A stretch of 31,022 nucleotides of DNA from Promethearchaeati archaeon (GCA_013166835.1 JABLTI010000022.1:1-31022); one strand, 5' to 3'; numbered from the stretch's first letter, positions 1 to 9,615 are shown. Notes: generated by a model from the sequence alone, not told the origin. A program made the numbers and translations.

Positions 1-52
1 CTTTTTGATACTTTCTCAAGAAATCTTTATCATAATTTACCAATTTTATCAA
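1..52 (-). CDS. Probable 5' end of a gene running off the window (MIKLVNYDKDFLRKYQK...)
   Basis: Minus-strand TTG at 52-50 preceded by AAAGGAG; frame open to the window edge; divergent from the MoaD gene. Too short to identify. Confidence 0.35.
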   Translation of the reverse strand, partial: MIKLVNYDKDFLRKYQK

Positions 53-235
53 AGACTCCTTTGTCTAGAGTTTTCAACAGAGTATGTTGTTAATATGCTT
101 TTCGTGTATGAATTCAACACAAAAAAACAGAAATTGCTTTAGTTCACTTTCTAAAATGAAGACTTTTGTTTCTATTTACTTCATAAATAGCAATGCTTAA
201 TTTACACCTTGCTGAAACGTATATTGTGAACAAAG

Positions 236-454
236 ATGAAAATCAGGATAATTGGTTTCGTAAAAAAATACTTTGGATTTGAAGAAAAAGAAGTAAATTT
301 CGAAGGAAAAAAACGCTTAGATGAAATTCTTGATTTCACGGATGTTCCTGTAAATCTTATGGCTGTTATTATTAATGAAAAAGCAGCTAAAATTAGTCAA
401 GAAGTTGAGAATACTGATAAAGTAATTATTACTCAAATTGTTGCTGGTGGCTAA
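236..454 (+). CDS. MoaD/ThiS-family ubiquitin-like sulfur carrier (SAMP-like)
   Basis: 72 aa with beta-grasp pattern (MKIRI..., AVIINE, DKVII) and C-terminal VAGG diglycine. Confidence 0.85.
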   Translation: MKIRIIGFVKKYFGFEEKEVNFEGKKRLDEILDFTDVPVNLMAVIINEKAAKISQEVENTDKVIITQIVAGG

Positions 455-545
455 TTACTCACTCTTCTTTTCAATTTGCATCCTTTTTCTATTGGAAAAC
501 CTAGTTTCCTCTGCATTTGTAAAAATAAAAAGGAAAGAATTAGAT

Positions 546-1010
546 TTACTTCACGTGTTTAGCTACTTCTTCATCAATCCATGTTTTTAGATCAGCTTCA
601 CCGAAAATAAAATCTTCTTTCAAATCTGCATCTAGATCCTTAGGTTCAATAATTGCTATCCAACCTTTTGCATAGGGATCATTATTTAGTAGTGATGCAT
701 CTTTCTTTAGCTCCTCATTAACCTCTATTATTGTACCATTAATTGGACATTTTAGACTACCAACATACTTCCCGCTTTCTATTGTTCCCATGCTTTTCCC
801 TTTAGGTCGTTCTTTGCCGGGTGGTATTAGTCTCACGAAAAGTATTTTTCCTGCGAGTTTTTGTCCAAAATCGTCAAATCCAACTTTGACTTTTCCATCA
901 TCAAGTTTTTTTAACCAGATATGTCCATCTCCACCAGTATAGTAGTATAAAGTTTCATCAAACTCGTATTCACCAATTGTAATCAAAGGATTTTCCTCCT
1001 TAATAATCAA
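546..1010 (-). CDS. gcvH: Glycine cleavage system H-like lipoyl carrier protein
   Basis: HIW, VKVGFDDFGQKLAG, lipoyl-lysine motif GTIESGKYVG, PINGTIIEVNEEL, LNNDPYAKGWI. Confidence 0.88.
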   Translation of the reverse strand: MIIKEENPLITIGEYEFDETLYYYTGGDGHIWLKKLDDGKVKVGFDDFGQKLAGKILFVRLIPPGKERPKGKSMGTIESGKYVGSLKCPINGTIIEVNEELKKDASLLNNDPYAKGWIAIIEPKDLDADLKEDFIFGEADLKTWIDEEVAKHVK

Positions 1011-1118
1011 ATAACTGAAATTGATTTCTTTTAGTATTTATTAAAATCTTATGCTATATATAAGAAAAATCTCTCTTTAAATAATATTTCTCAACAAGAA
1101 ACCACATTATTTCATGGA

Positions 1119-2468
1119 TTATTTTCTGAAATTAACTAACATTCTCATAATTTTGGTTATATCTGATTTTCGAAATCGCTTATTTTTGTTGTCTCGATTC
1201 ATTCTTTCTAATGGTTTTGTTAAATGTCGATGAGCAATTATAGGTGGTAAATACTCTTTTAGAGAAATCTTTCTAGGCAATTCTTTTTCTAATTGCTTCT
1301 TCTCTCGGTAAACAGCTGAACATTTTTGACACTTAAATCCTTTATTTTTCCCTGCAGATTTTAAACGAGCGCCACATTTATCACAGAAGGGATTTTCATA
1401 AATGAACTGTTTAACTAAAGAGTTAACTCTCAAACGCTCGATATTAATAGTCATTGGATGTTTTTCTCCAGTAGGTCGAACTCCGCCAAAGACTGTAACA
1501 TTATCACCAATCGCTAAATTACTTAATTCTCCTCTAAAACTCTTAGTAGGTTCATAAGCTGCACAATCGATTTCATCTGTATCGTCTCGAATTGAAAAAA
1601 TTAGGTGACTACCTTCAATATAATATGGTTTTTTGTTTATTGTTCCATGTACTATTACTGATAGGTGTGGTTTCAATTGATTAATTGGAAACTCCTTGAC
1701 GAAGTGTTGATTTGTATGTTGATTCGTTCTATAAACCATGAGCATAGAAATTTCTTCTAGTGGTTTCACTAAACTCCAAGCTTTCATTACTTCATCAATT
1801 GTTTCCCCCCTAATCCCTGAAAAAACTGGGTCAGCTCCTCGAGGTGTAATCATAATTGAATTGTATTTATAATCTACATTACTAAATGTAAGAGGTGTTG
1901 CTTTATCTGCTGTAAGAATGCTTTCGCGATCAATCATTCTTTTTGTACCAAAATTTTTTGGCATTCGATATGCAAGATGTTCATATGTGAAGTCATTCTC
2001 CAAAGGATTACCAATAGCTCCAAGTGCACCAATAATTCCTCTACCATTGCCCAATTTAATCAATTCAACATTCGCAAGTGAGTTAAATTCCTCTGCTTCT
2101 GGAATCGAGATGACAGCCCACATTGCTCTCTTAGATAAATGCTTTACTTCCTTAGGAATGGTATTGGATACAAAAGCAATGCCTGGATTTGTGTTTTCAT
2201 CTTCTAACCGAGCCATTTTCTTAACTGTTTTAATAACGACTTCTCGAACAACCTCGAGATCAGAATTATCTCCCTCTATTCTAAAAGCAACAGCTCCATT
2301 ACCTCTGGTTTTATGAGGAATGTTGGGATTCAATCTGATGAGATTAGGAAAATCAATAAAATCGACTTGATCAAAAATTTCGTGAACAATAAGTGTAGCT
2401 AAATGAGTAGTACAAGAACCTTTGAGTGAATCAGTATCATCAAAAGCAATATGGAGCTCTTTTTTCAT
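1119..2468 (-). CDS. tiaS: tRNA(Ile2) 2-agmatinylcytidine synthetase
   Basis: DDTDS..G.CTT, LIRLNPNIPHKTRGNGA, GRGIIGA, AYEPTK, C-terminal Zn ribbon (CDKCG...CQKC) and HLTKP. Confidence 0.95.
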   Translation of the reverse strand: MKKELHIAFDDTDSLKGSCTTHLATLIVHEIFDQVDFIDFPNLIRLNPNIPHKTRGNGAVAFRIEGDNSDLEVVREVVIKTVKKMARLEDENTNPGIAFVSNTIPKEVKHLSKRAMWAVISIPEAEEFNSLANVELIKLGNGRGIIGALGAIGNPLENDFTYEHLAYRMPKNFGTKRMIDRESILTADKATPLTFSNVDYKYNSIMITPRGADPVFSGIRGETIDEVMKAWSLVKPLEEISMLMVYRTNQHTNQHFVKEFPINQLKPHLSVIVHGTINKKPYYIEGSHLIFSIRDDTDEIDCAAYEPTKSFRGELSNLAIGDNVTVFGGVRPTGEKHPMTINIERLRVNSLVKQFIYENPFCDKCGARLKSAGKNKGFKCQKCSAVYREKKQLEKELPRKISLKEYLPPIIAHRHLTKPLERMNRDNKNKRFRKSDITKIMRMLVNFRK

Positions 2469-2521
2469 TTTAGCGAATCCTCAATAAGCTCCAAAAGTCT
2501 AATTGACTATTTAAGTTTGTT

Positions 2522-2821
2522 TTACTTTGAATCCTTTTCATCTTTATCTAGAGATTGTGATTCTTTACTAACAGCAAGATGTTGATGATAACGAGCAGCT
2601 GGTGAACTAATAACTCTCCCTTTCTCTCTGAATTGTTCTGCTTTGGTTGCTTCAATTGCCGCAAGTAAAACTTCCTTGACTTTATCTAGTGTCTTCGCAC
2701 CAATAATTCGATTTGCTCCTACGTCGAAATGCTTCATAAGAATCTTCTTGTCGAGTTCTGGTGGGATGAAATCTTCACCAAACATAATATTGAGATCATG
2801 CAAAGTTATTTTTCCAGCCAA
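2522..2821 (-). CDS. Hypothetical protein
   Basis: 99-aa ORF, TTG start preceded by AGGTGA RBS, co-oriented between histone and tiaS; no family recognised. Confidence 0.7.
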   Translation of the reverse strand: MAGKITLHDLNIMFGEDFIPPELDKKILMKHFDVGANRIIGAKTLDKVKEVLLAAIEATKAEQFREKGRVISSPAARYHQHLAVSKESQSLDKDEKDSK

Positions 2822-2921
2822 CGAGAATCACCTATAAGCGATTTGATAAGGAATTCTAATGCGACATTTGATTTTAAAAGAATTAGTATTACCGCATTAA
2901 AATGAGTAGAAACGAAAAATG

Positions 2922-3155
2922 CTATCTACTTTTTCTCATATTTTTATAGGCGAGAGCTATATCCCGATCCTTTATGGTTTTTCTATTAGCAAATTTTGCA
3001 AGATCTGCAGCATCTAGTGCGAGCTCTTCAGCCATTTCAGTGAGAACATCTCGAAGTTCTTTAGCAGCACTTTCACTAACTAGTAAATTGGTAGTTTCTT
3101 TGATAACACGCTCAATAGGAGCTAATGGGAATTCAGTTTTGCTTCGTCTAGACAT
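2922..3155 (-). CDS. Archaeal histone (HMf-like variant)
   Basis: PLAPIERVIK...VSESA...LA..ANRKTIKDRDIALA aligns with the HMfA/B histone fold (RKT.K..DI motif). Confidence 0.93.
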   Translation of the reverse strand: MSRRSKTEFPLAPIERVIKETTNLLVSESAAKELRDVLTEMAEELALDAADLAKFANRKTIKDRDIALAYKNMRKSR

Positions 3156-3409
3156 TTCGATTCAACTCAAGAAGTTATGAATTAAAAGCTACTTCTCCGG
3201 TTAAAACCATAAATAGAAAATTACTATATAAGGATTCTCTCGAAAAGGTGAATTTTGTCGGAATGATTTCCAAAATGCTCAAAGGAAAAAGAGTTTAAGC
3301 AAAAAAGAAACAAGAAGAAGGGAGAATCCTTCTCGGTAAAAATTAGAAAATAAAAATTTCCACTTTGATAAACGGAGGTATTTTTCTAGGGAAATTTTCC
3401 GTATAATTT

Positions 3410-4096
3410 ATGTTGAATAAGAATTTCCTTCGTATTACTGGAGTTGCAAATATAGCATCTGCTGTATTATTGTTATTATTTTGGTTTTTATAAGCAATTC
3501 TTTTGCCTTTAAACGAAGTTCCCACAAATTATCATTTATTGATTCTTGATCCAAATTGGCTTCTCGTAAACATTCTAGGGGTTTTTGGATTTGTTTTAGC
3601 TTTAGTTGGTATTTTAGGACTATTCTTCAATCAATATAATGATCTAACATGGTATGGAGTAGTAGGTTTCTTGATAACTTTTGTAGGACAAGTATTCTAC
3701 AATGCTGGTATATATTATGAAACCTTTATTTGGCCAATTCTTGCAGCAAGTGATCCTACTCTAGTTGAATTAACTAATGGACCTATTTATTCTAATCCAG
3801 CCTTTTTTGCAATGCAAATGGTTGCAGGAACTATGTATGCTGTAGGTTTTCTTATTTTTGCAATCTCAGTTTTTAAGAGTAAGGCATTTTCTACTAGACA
3901 TACTTCTAAATGGGCTATTCTTCCTCTAGTACTTGGAGTGATTATGTTTATTCCGGGCTTTTTCCCTTACGTAGTACGAACTATAGGAATTGTTGTGTAT
4001 GCGATAGGAATAGTTTGGGTGGGAGTTATCTTAATTAGAAAAGAACCTGCTAAAATTGAAGAAAAAGAAATAGAAGAGAAAGAAGGAGAGGGGTAA
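3410..4096 (+). pseudogene. Multi-pass membrane protein interrupted by an in-frame TAA (or sequencing error)
   Basis: ATG at 3410 gives MLNKNFLRITGVANIASAVLLLLFWFL, then TAA at 3491-3493, then AILLPLNE... continuing in frame into the 3503..4096 ORF with about 5 further hydrophobic helices. Confidence 0.7.
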
Positions 4097-4338
4097 TCCC
4101 TCTAAAGATAAAGAATCAAGTTAAATAATTTCAATATATTTGAATTATCATTAAAAGATTCACACTAGGAATATTGACATTTTTTATTTCAACAACAGAG
4201 CTGCGAACAAGTAATGTTGGTGGTTCAGTAAATGTTTTTCTGAGTGGTTAAATAACACTCTGCTATGGTGATCCATTTCGTAGCCTTCTTTGCTGTCTTT
4301 ACAAATACCTAATTACAATTACACAAGTTCTACTCTCA

Positions 4339-4358
4339 CCTAAATCAATACATTTAGG
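4339..4358 (-). terminator. Hairpin just downstream of the 4367..4846 gene
   Basis: CCTAAAT-caatac-ATTTAGG inverted repeat 8 nt after the stop codon. Confidence 0.35.
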
Positions 4359-4366
4359 ATCTGTGG

Positions 4367-4846
4367 CTACTTTTGAGCTTTGATTTCATTGTATAGGTAT
4401 TCGAGAAGATCAGCAGATTCCTGTCGTATTAGAATACCAAAGATCTTTTCTTGTATTGAACGGGTTTTTTCATAAAACATAACAATGCTTATCGCTACCG
4501 CTTCTGGGATTAAGTCATAGTCTATAAGTCTTTTTTTCAGCATACGAGCTAATCCCTCAAAAAATCCAGTAACAGATATGAACTTCGCATAGGCTTCTGG
4601 ATTGGTTTGAGGTCCATACTTTTGCCAGAAATCATCATAATCTTTCCAAGACCACTTATTATAAATCTCCATCTGATCCAACATTAACTGTTTGTCATAA
4701 GCCTTAGTTTGGTAACTAATAAAAAGTGATGCTTTACGAGAGGTTGTAAAATTCCGAATGGAACGAATCCCCACTATGAAGGCAACAACAATACTGCCTA
4801 CAGCAACAATGATTGAGATGATTTGGAACACTTGGTCAACTTGCAT
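4367..4846 (-). CDS. N-terminally membrane-anchored DUF4760-like protein
   Basis: N-terminal TM helix followed by W.DYDDFWQKYGP..NPE...FFEGLA.MLKK.LID, a pattern I recall from DUF4760-type proteins of Bathyarchaeia and Asgard archaea. Confidence 0.65.
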   Translation of the reverse strand: MQVDQVFQIISIIVAVGSIVVAFIVGIRSIRNFTTSRKASLFISYQTKAYDKQLMLDQMEIYNKWSWKDYDDFWQKYGPQTNPEAYAKFISVTGFFEGLARMLKKRLIDYDLIPEAVAISIVMFYEKTRSIQEKIFGILIRQESADLLEYLYNEIKAQK

Positions 4847-5165
4847 ATTATATCACCAATTTATAACTTCTTTAAATAAATTAAATTTTAAAGAATTTTT
4901 ATTATCAAGCTATAGTAATTAAACTATTTTAAAAGGTATGTAGGTAATTTTATTGACTTTTCATAAATGTGCATTTTTCACTAATTATTTGAACTATTAA
5001 TTTTGTATTGTAATGATTAAATAAAATCATAATAAATTTTGATATTACAAAAGTAAAAGTTGTATAAGAAATAAAAATATCGGAAATTAATAGAAAAGAA
5101 TTGATGCTCTTTTCAGAACATTAATTCTTTTACTTCTTTTAGCTCGAACAAAGAACATATTATTG

Positions 5166-6506
5166 TTATTTAACAATCTCAATGTATTTGTAGGCATCCT
5201 CGTTAGAGCTAAAACAATAGTGGAGCTTTTGGTAGTCTTTTCTGAACGCATTAACATCTTTCACGACTTTCTTAATATCTTCGCGATCAATGACAACACG
5301 ACGAATAAGATTAGCAATTTCTTTCATTTCGCCTTCCTTCATACCAAGACGAGTGACTTCAGAAACACCCATACGAATGCCACCAGGATTAAGATAATTC
5401 CTGCCCTCGAACATATCCCATGGCAACAGATTTCTGTTTAGGATTATGTCTGCTTTTTCTAAGTCTTCTTCAATATCTTTTCCTAATCCTGCTTTTTCTT
5501 GTAGTGGACTGATATCTACTAGCAGTGTATGTGATTTTGTGTAACCATTTTCTTTTCCGCATACAGTGAATCCTTCTTCTTCCAATGCTTTTGCTAACGC
5601 ATATGAATTCTTGATTATTTGTCCTCCATAATCCTTTCCGAATTCCTTTATTTCTGCTAGTGCAATAGCAAGTGCTGCTACGTTGTGTAAGTGATGATTA
5701 CTTGTCATTCCTGGAAATGTTGCTCGTTTTATTTTATCGTAAAACTCTTCTTTATCTGAGGTTGCAACTACACAGCCATGTTGTGGTCCAAACATTGTTT
5801 TGTGTGTTGAGAATGCCATTGCCTCTGCTCCTTCATTGAGTGGATCTTGGAAGTACCCACATGCTATTAATCCTGAGACATGTGCTGCATCATAGGTTAC
5901 TGTTGCTCCTAGATCCTTAGCTACTGGTGCCAATTCCTTTACTGGGTGTGGGAACAAGAAAACAGACGCTCCAAAGTGCAATAACTTTGGTTTTAATTCT
6001 TTAATCGCTTCTTCAGCTTTTTCTACATCGATCATTATTTTTCTTCTGTCAGATGGAATATATTTGACATTTAGTCCTCTTACAGCACCTGCGGTTCCTC
6101 CCATAAATGCTCCTTTCGAAGTCATTAGTGGTCCTGTTGAGATATGCCCACCATTGGGTATGCTAATGGACATACTAACGTCTCCAGGTTTAGAGAATGC
6201 TGAATAGAGCACTAGATTTGCTACTACTCCTGAGATTGGTCTGACATCTGCGAAATCTGCTTTAAAGACTTCTTTTGCTAAGTCCATACAGATAAATTCC
6301 ACATCATCGATGTATTGACACCCGGCATATACTCTTTCACCGGGCCAACCTTCTGCGTATCGATGTGAAAAATCACACAAAGTTGCTTCTCGCACTTCTT
6401 TACTAGTGATATTCTCAGATGCTATTAAGGGAATAGCTCTCTCAAACAGTTCATGATGATCTTTCATTTTTTGACGAATTTTCTGGACAATTTCTTTGCC
6501 ATTCAA
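5166..6506 (-). CDS. glyA: Serine hydroxymethyltransferase (archaeal type)
   Basis: LIASEN, YAEGWPGERVYAG, GGHIS, YDAAH, PLP-lysine motif STHKT, SNHHLH, LNRNLLPWD, GIRMG. Confidence 0.97.
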   Translation of the reverse strand: MNGKEIVQKIRQKMKDHHELFERAIPLIASENITSKEVREATLCDFSHRYAEGWPGERVYAGCQYIDDVEFICMDLAKEVFKADFADVRPISGVVANLVLYSAFSKPGDVSMSISIPNGGHISTGPLMTSKGAFMGGTAGAVRGLNVKYIPSDRRKIMIDVEKAEEAIKELKPKLLHFGASVFLFPHPVKELAPVAKDLGATVTYDAAHVSGLIACGYFQDPLNEGAEAMAFSTHKTMFGPQHGCVVATSDKEEFYDKIKRATFPGMTSNHHLHNVAALAIALAEIKEFGKDYGGQIIKNSYALAKALEEEGFTVCGKENGYTKSHTLLVDISPLQEKAGLGKDIEEDLEKADIILNRNLLPWDMFEGRNYLNPGGIRMGVSEVTRLGMKEGEMKEIANLIRRVVIDREDIKKVVKDVNAFRKDYQKLHYCFSSNEDAYKYIEIVK

Positions 6507-6695
6507 GTAAATTACCCTCGTAACAATTATCTTGTTTTTATTGAGTGTGACAAATCTATTACCTTCACTTAAAAAAAGTTATCTCCAAAATTCAAATTAC
6601 TGCTCATTAGTTTACACTTGCAATTCTTTTTATATCACATTTGATTTATCGATTAGTATAGAACCAATTGGTCCTAATATGATTGAAATCCTGTT

Positions 6696-8585
6696 GTGAG
6701 CTCTATGACTGAAGATAAAGATGAATCTCTCGATTGTCAGATTGTTTTTGAGGTTTCAAATGAAATTGCGAACAAAATTGGTGGGATTTATACTGTCATA
6801 GCATCGAAAGCTCCTGAAATGCAACGATTAATGGGTCCTGGCAATTACTTAACTATTGGGTTATACAATGCCTTCAAAGCACGAAACGATTTTGAGGAAT
6901 TGGATACTCCAAAAGATTTCGTAGATGTTTTTAATGCAGTACGAGCTGAAGGCATTGATGTGAAATATGGTCGATGGATTGGTGGGGGAGCAGTTGAAAC
7001 AATCCTTGTTGATCCTTCTTTCCTATTAGATGTCCCTTTAGTTACCGGGAAATCTGATCGAAAAATAGACCAAATCAAAGGAGTTCTTTGGAACTGGTTT
7101 GATATTGATTCTTTATGGATGCCTGAGGTTTTTGATCCTATGGTGGCTTTTGGTTGGGCTGCTGGTGTTTTAGTTTCCAAGTTAATTGAGTCCCCTCGAT
7201 TCAAAAACAAACGAATTGTCACACATTTTCATGAATGGATTTCCGGTCCGGGTTTACTTTATCTCAAACGTAACAATATTGATGTCGCTACAGTTTTTAT
7301 GACTCATGCCACTCAACTTGGTAGAAATATTGCCATGGGTGAAGAGGACATCAACCTAGTTCTTGATGACCTTTTAGCGAAAGGCGAGATCATTCCTCCG
7401 CAGAAAGCCTATCAATACCATGTCGAGGGAACACACCAAATTGAAGTTATCTGTGCGAAGGAAGCTGATGTTTTAATTACTGTCTCAGAAGCTGTTGCTC
7501 GAGAAACTGAAGGAATCCTAGGACATAGAGCTGATTTTATCATTCCAAACGGGATTAATCTTGAAGGCTTATCAAAGAAAGATGATTTAATTGTAAAACA
7601 TAAAGAAGCTCGAGTGAAACTTGCGCAATTTACTGAAGCGTACTTTAAACCTTATTATACAGTTAGTATAGAAAATACGTTAGTAATCCACATTTCTGGT
7701 AGGTATGAATTTCATAACAAAGGAATAGATGTTTTTCTTAACGCATTAAAACTTGTAAATGAAGAATTAAAAACAAGTAAAAAACAAAAAGAAATTCTCG
7801 CATTTATTTGGGTTCCGGCTCCAGTATCTGGAATTAAAACTGATGTTTTGAATGCTTTTGAACACGCTCGAGAGTTAAGAGAGATTTTACAGACTCCCAT
7901 GAAAAAAATGGAAGAGTGGTTAATACAGATTCAACCAAAATATGAAGACCATTTGAAATCGCGTACTTTGCATGATTTCTTCTCTAAGAGTGAAGTGAAA
8001 AAAATCGCAGAACTTGTTAAGAAAACCAAGGAAAGCAAAAATGATAGTAATTATCCCCCAGTTTGTCCTTTCAATTTATATGAGAGAGATACCATTTTTC
8101 AGACATTGAAGGAACTAGATTTGATGAATAAGCCCAACGATTTAGTCAGAGTTATCTTTTATCCCGTTTATCTCTCAAAAAATGATCAATTATTAGCATT
8201 GGATTACTATGATGCAGTTGCGGGTTGTGATATGGGAATTTATCCATCAACCTATGAACCCTATGGTTTGACTCCATTAGAAGCTCTTGCTCTTGGCGTG
8301 CCAGCTGTAACAACTGATTTGTCTGGTTTTGGGTTGCTAGTTAATGAGCAACTTAGCGAAGAGAACAATGGGATTTTTGTTCTAAATAGAAAAGGGCGTA
8401 CAAATGAAGATGCAGCTATAGATTTAGCAAAGATAATTGTAAAACATTCGCAGCTTTCAAATGAAGAAGTAACAAATGCTAGAATCACTGCTCGAGAAAT
8501 CTCAGAATTATATAGTTGGCAAAATATAATCAAACAATACAGCACATCTTATGATGAAGCTGTTAAAAGAATACACAAAAATTAA
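6696..8585 (+). CDS. Glycogen synthase, GT3 family
   Basis: FEVSNEIANKIGGIYTVI (KxGG), HFHEW, THATQLGR, SGRYEFHNKG.D, catalytic E-x7-E motif YEPYGLTPLE, TTDLSGFG. Confidence 0.92.
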   Translation: MSSMTEDKDESLDCQIVFEVSNEIANKIGGIYTVIASKAPEMQRLMGPGNYLTIGLYNAFKARNDFEELDTPKDFVDVFNAVRAEGIDVKYGRWIGGGAVETILVDPSFLLDVPLVTGKSDRKIDQIKGVLWNWFDIDSLWMPEVFDPMVAFGWAAGVLVSKLIESPRFKNKRIVTHFHEWISGPGLLYLKRNNIDVATVFMTHATQLGRNIAMGEEDINLVLDDLLAKGEIIPPQKAYQYHVEGTHQIEVICAKEADVLITVSEAVARETEGILGHRADFIIPNGINLEGLSKKDDLIVKHKEARVKLAQFTEAYFKPYYTVSIENTLVIHISGRYEFHNKGIDVFLNALKLVNEELKTSKKQKEILAFIWVPAPVSGIKTDVLNAFEHARELREILQTPMKKMEEWLIQIQPKYEDHLKSRTLHDFFSKSEVKKIAELVKKTKESKNDSNYPPVCPFNLYERDTIFQTLKELDLMNKPNDLVRVIFYPVYLSKNDQLLALDYYDAVAGCDMGIYPSTYEPYGLTPLEALALGVPAVTTDLSGFGLLVNEQLSEENNGIFVLNRKGRTNEDAAIDLAKIIVKHSQLSNEEVTNARITAREISELYSWQNIIKQYSTSYDEAVKRIHKN

Positions 8586-8604
8586 TTTTACATCAGAAAT
8601 GATC

Positions 8605-9615
8605 TCAGCATTTACTAAGATCAGTAGGTCTTCTAGTCTCAACAACTTTAATGTTCTCAATTTCATCCATGCTGAGTTCCATACCTGCTTTTATTTTTCG
8701 CTTTATAGCAGAGAATAAAATCTTGTAAAGACATTCAGAACACATTTTTCCACCAGTTAAATGCATCATATTGTATGAGTCAATATATTCATCTCTACTA
8801 GCAGTAACTTTTTCTACTTCAACAACAGTAGCATCAGTAGCACAATGAATGTTAATATCTTCCTCAGAAACAAAAATACTGTTGAAACAAACCATTCTAC
8901 CTACGTTTTCAAATTCCTCTATGGTTTCTTTTATCACTTGTTCAGGATCACTCATATCTTTAGTAAACATGCTTAACAGCGGAACAACTTTTATCGGAGT
9001 AAAATTGTCATGATTAATACAATAATCTCCATCTGAAAGATTCAAGAGTAATGGGCATGGAGTGTAGTACCTCTTATCAGCAATTTGAGTATAATCAACT
9101 TCTAGAACGAGAATATTATTAGTAATCTTAGAATAAGTCCATTTAAACATCTCAATTATACCTTTAGTAGTAACCGCACTTGTTTCAATAATGTTCCAAT
9201 CACGATCATTTAGCTCAGGAATCTTGGAAAACTTCTGTCCTATTTCTAAAGCGCTAAGAGTATTAGGTAAATCAATTTTATTAATCAATACCAGAATAGG
9301 GATATCATTCGCTTCAGTCAAAATAAGCATATTTTGAAATTCTTTGAGAGATTCATCTAATCGTTCATGATCACTCGCATCAATAACGTATAAAACAATG
9401 TCAACAGTGTTAAGATAATCAACCCATAATAATCTGAAGCTTTTTTGACCACCCATGTCCAAAATATTGAGATGAAAATCTATCTCCGAAAAAGTTACTT
9501 GTTCTAAATTTATACCTACAGTTGGAATCGTTTTTGTCATTTTATGCTTTGTAAAGATATCAATAATGGTTGTTTTTCCAGCATTATCTATCCCTACGAA
9601 TCCTATTGTTGGCAC
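8605..9615 (-). CDS. Arf-family small GTPase with Cys-rich C-terminal extension
   Basis: G1 GIDNAGKT, G2 PTVG, G3 DMGGQ, G4 NKID, G5 SA; Arf-type R.LW..Y and YVIDASD.ER; about 170 extra C-terminal residues. Confidence 0.9.
   Translation of the reverse strand: MPTIGFVGIDNAGKTTIIDIFTKHKMTKTIPTVGINLEQVTFSEIDFHLNILDMGGQKSFRLLWVDYLNTVDIVLYVIDASDHERLDESLKEFQNMLILTEANDIPILVLINKIDLPNTLSALEIGQKFSKIPELNDRDWNIIETSAVTTKGIIEMFKWTYSKITNNILVLEVDYTQIADKRYYTPCPLLLNLSDGDYCINHDNFTPIKVVPLLSMFTKDMSDPEQVIKETIEEFENVGRMVCFNSIFVSEEDINIHCATDATVVEVEKVTASRDEYIDSYNMMHLTGGKMCSECLYKILFSAIKRKIKAGMELSMDEIENIKVVETRRPTDLSKC

Noticed and set aside
3491-3493. Selenocysteine or pyrrolysine recoding
   Set aside because: The codon is TAA, not TGA or TAG, and lies in a TM segment rather than a catalytic motif.
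4100-4340. Possible small ORF or ncRNA, including the imperfect hairpin GAGTGGTTAAATAACACTC
   Set aside because: The minus-strand frames I read are short and lack a clear RBS, and no tRNA, SECIS or other known RNA fold was recognisable.
4847-5165. Very AT-rich non-coding stretch as a replication origin or CRISPR leader
   Set aside because: No ORB-like boxes, cdc6, repeat-spacer array or cas genes; consistent with a promoter/terminator region.
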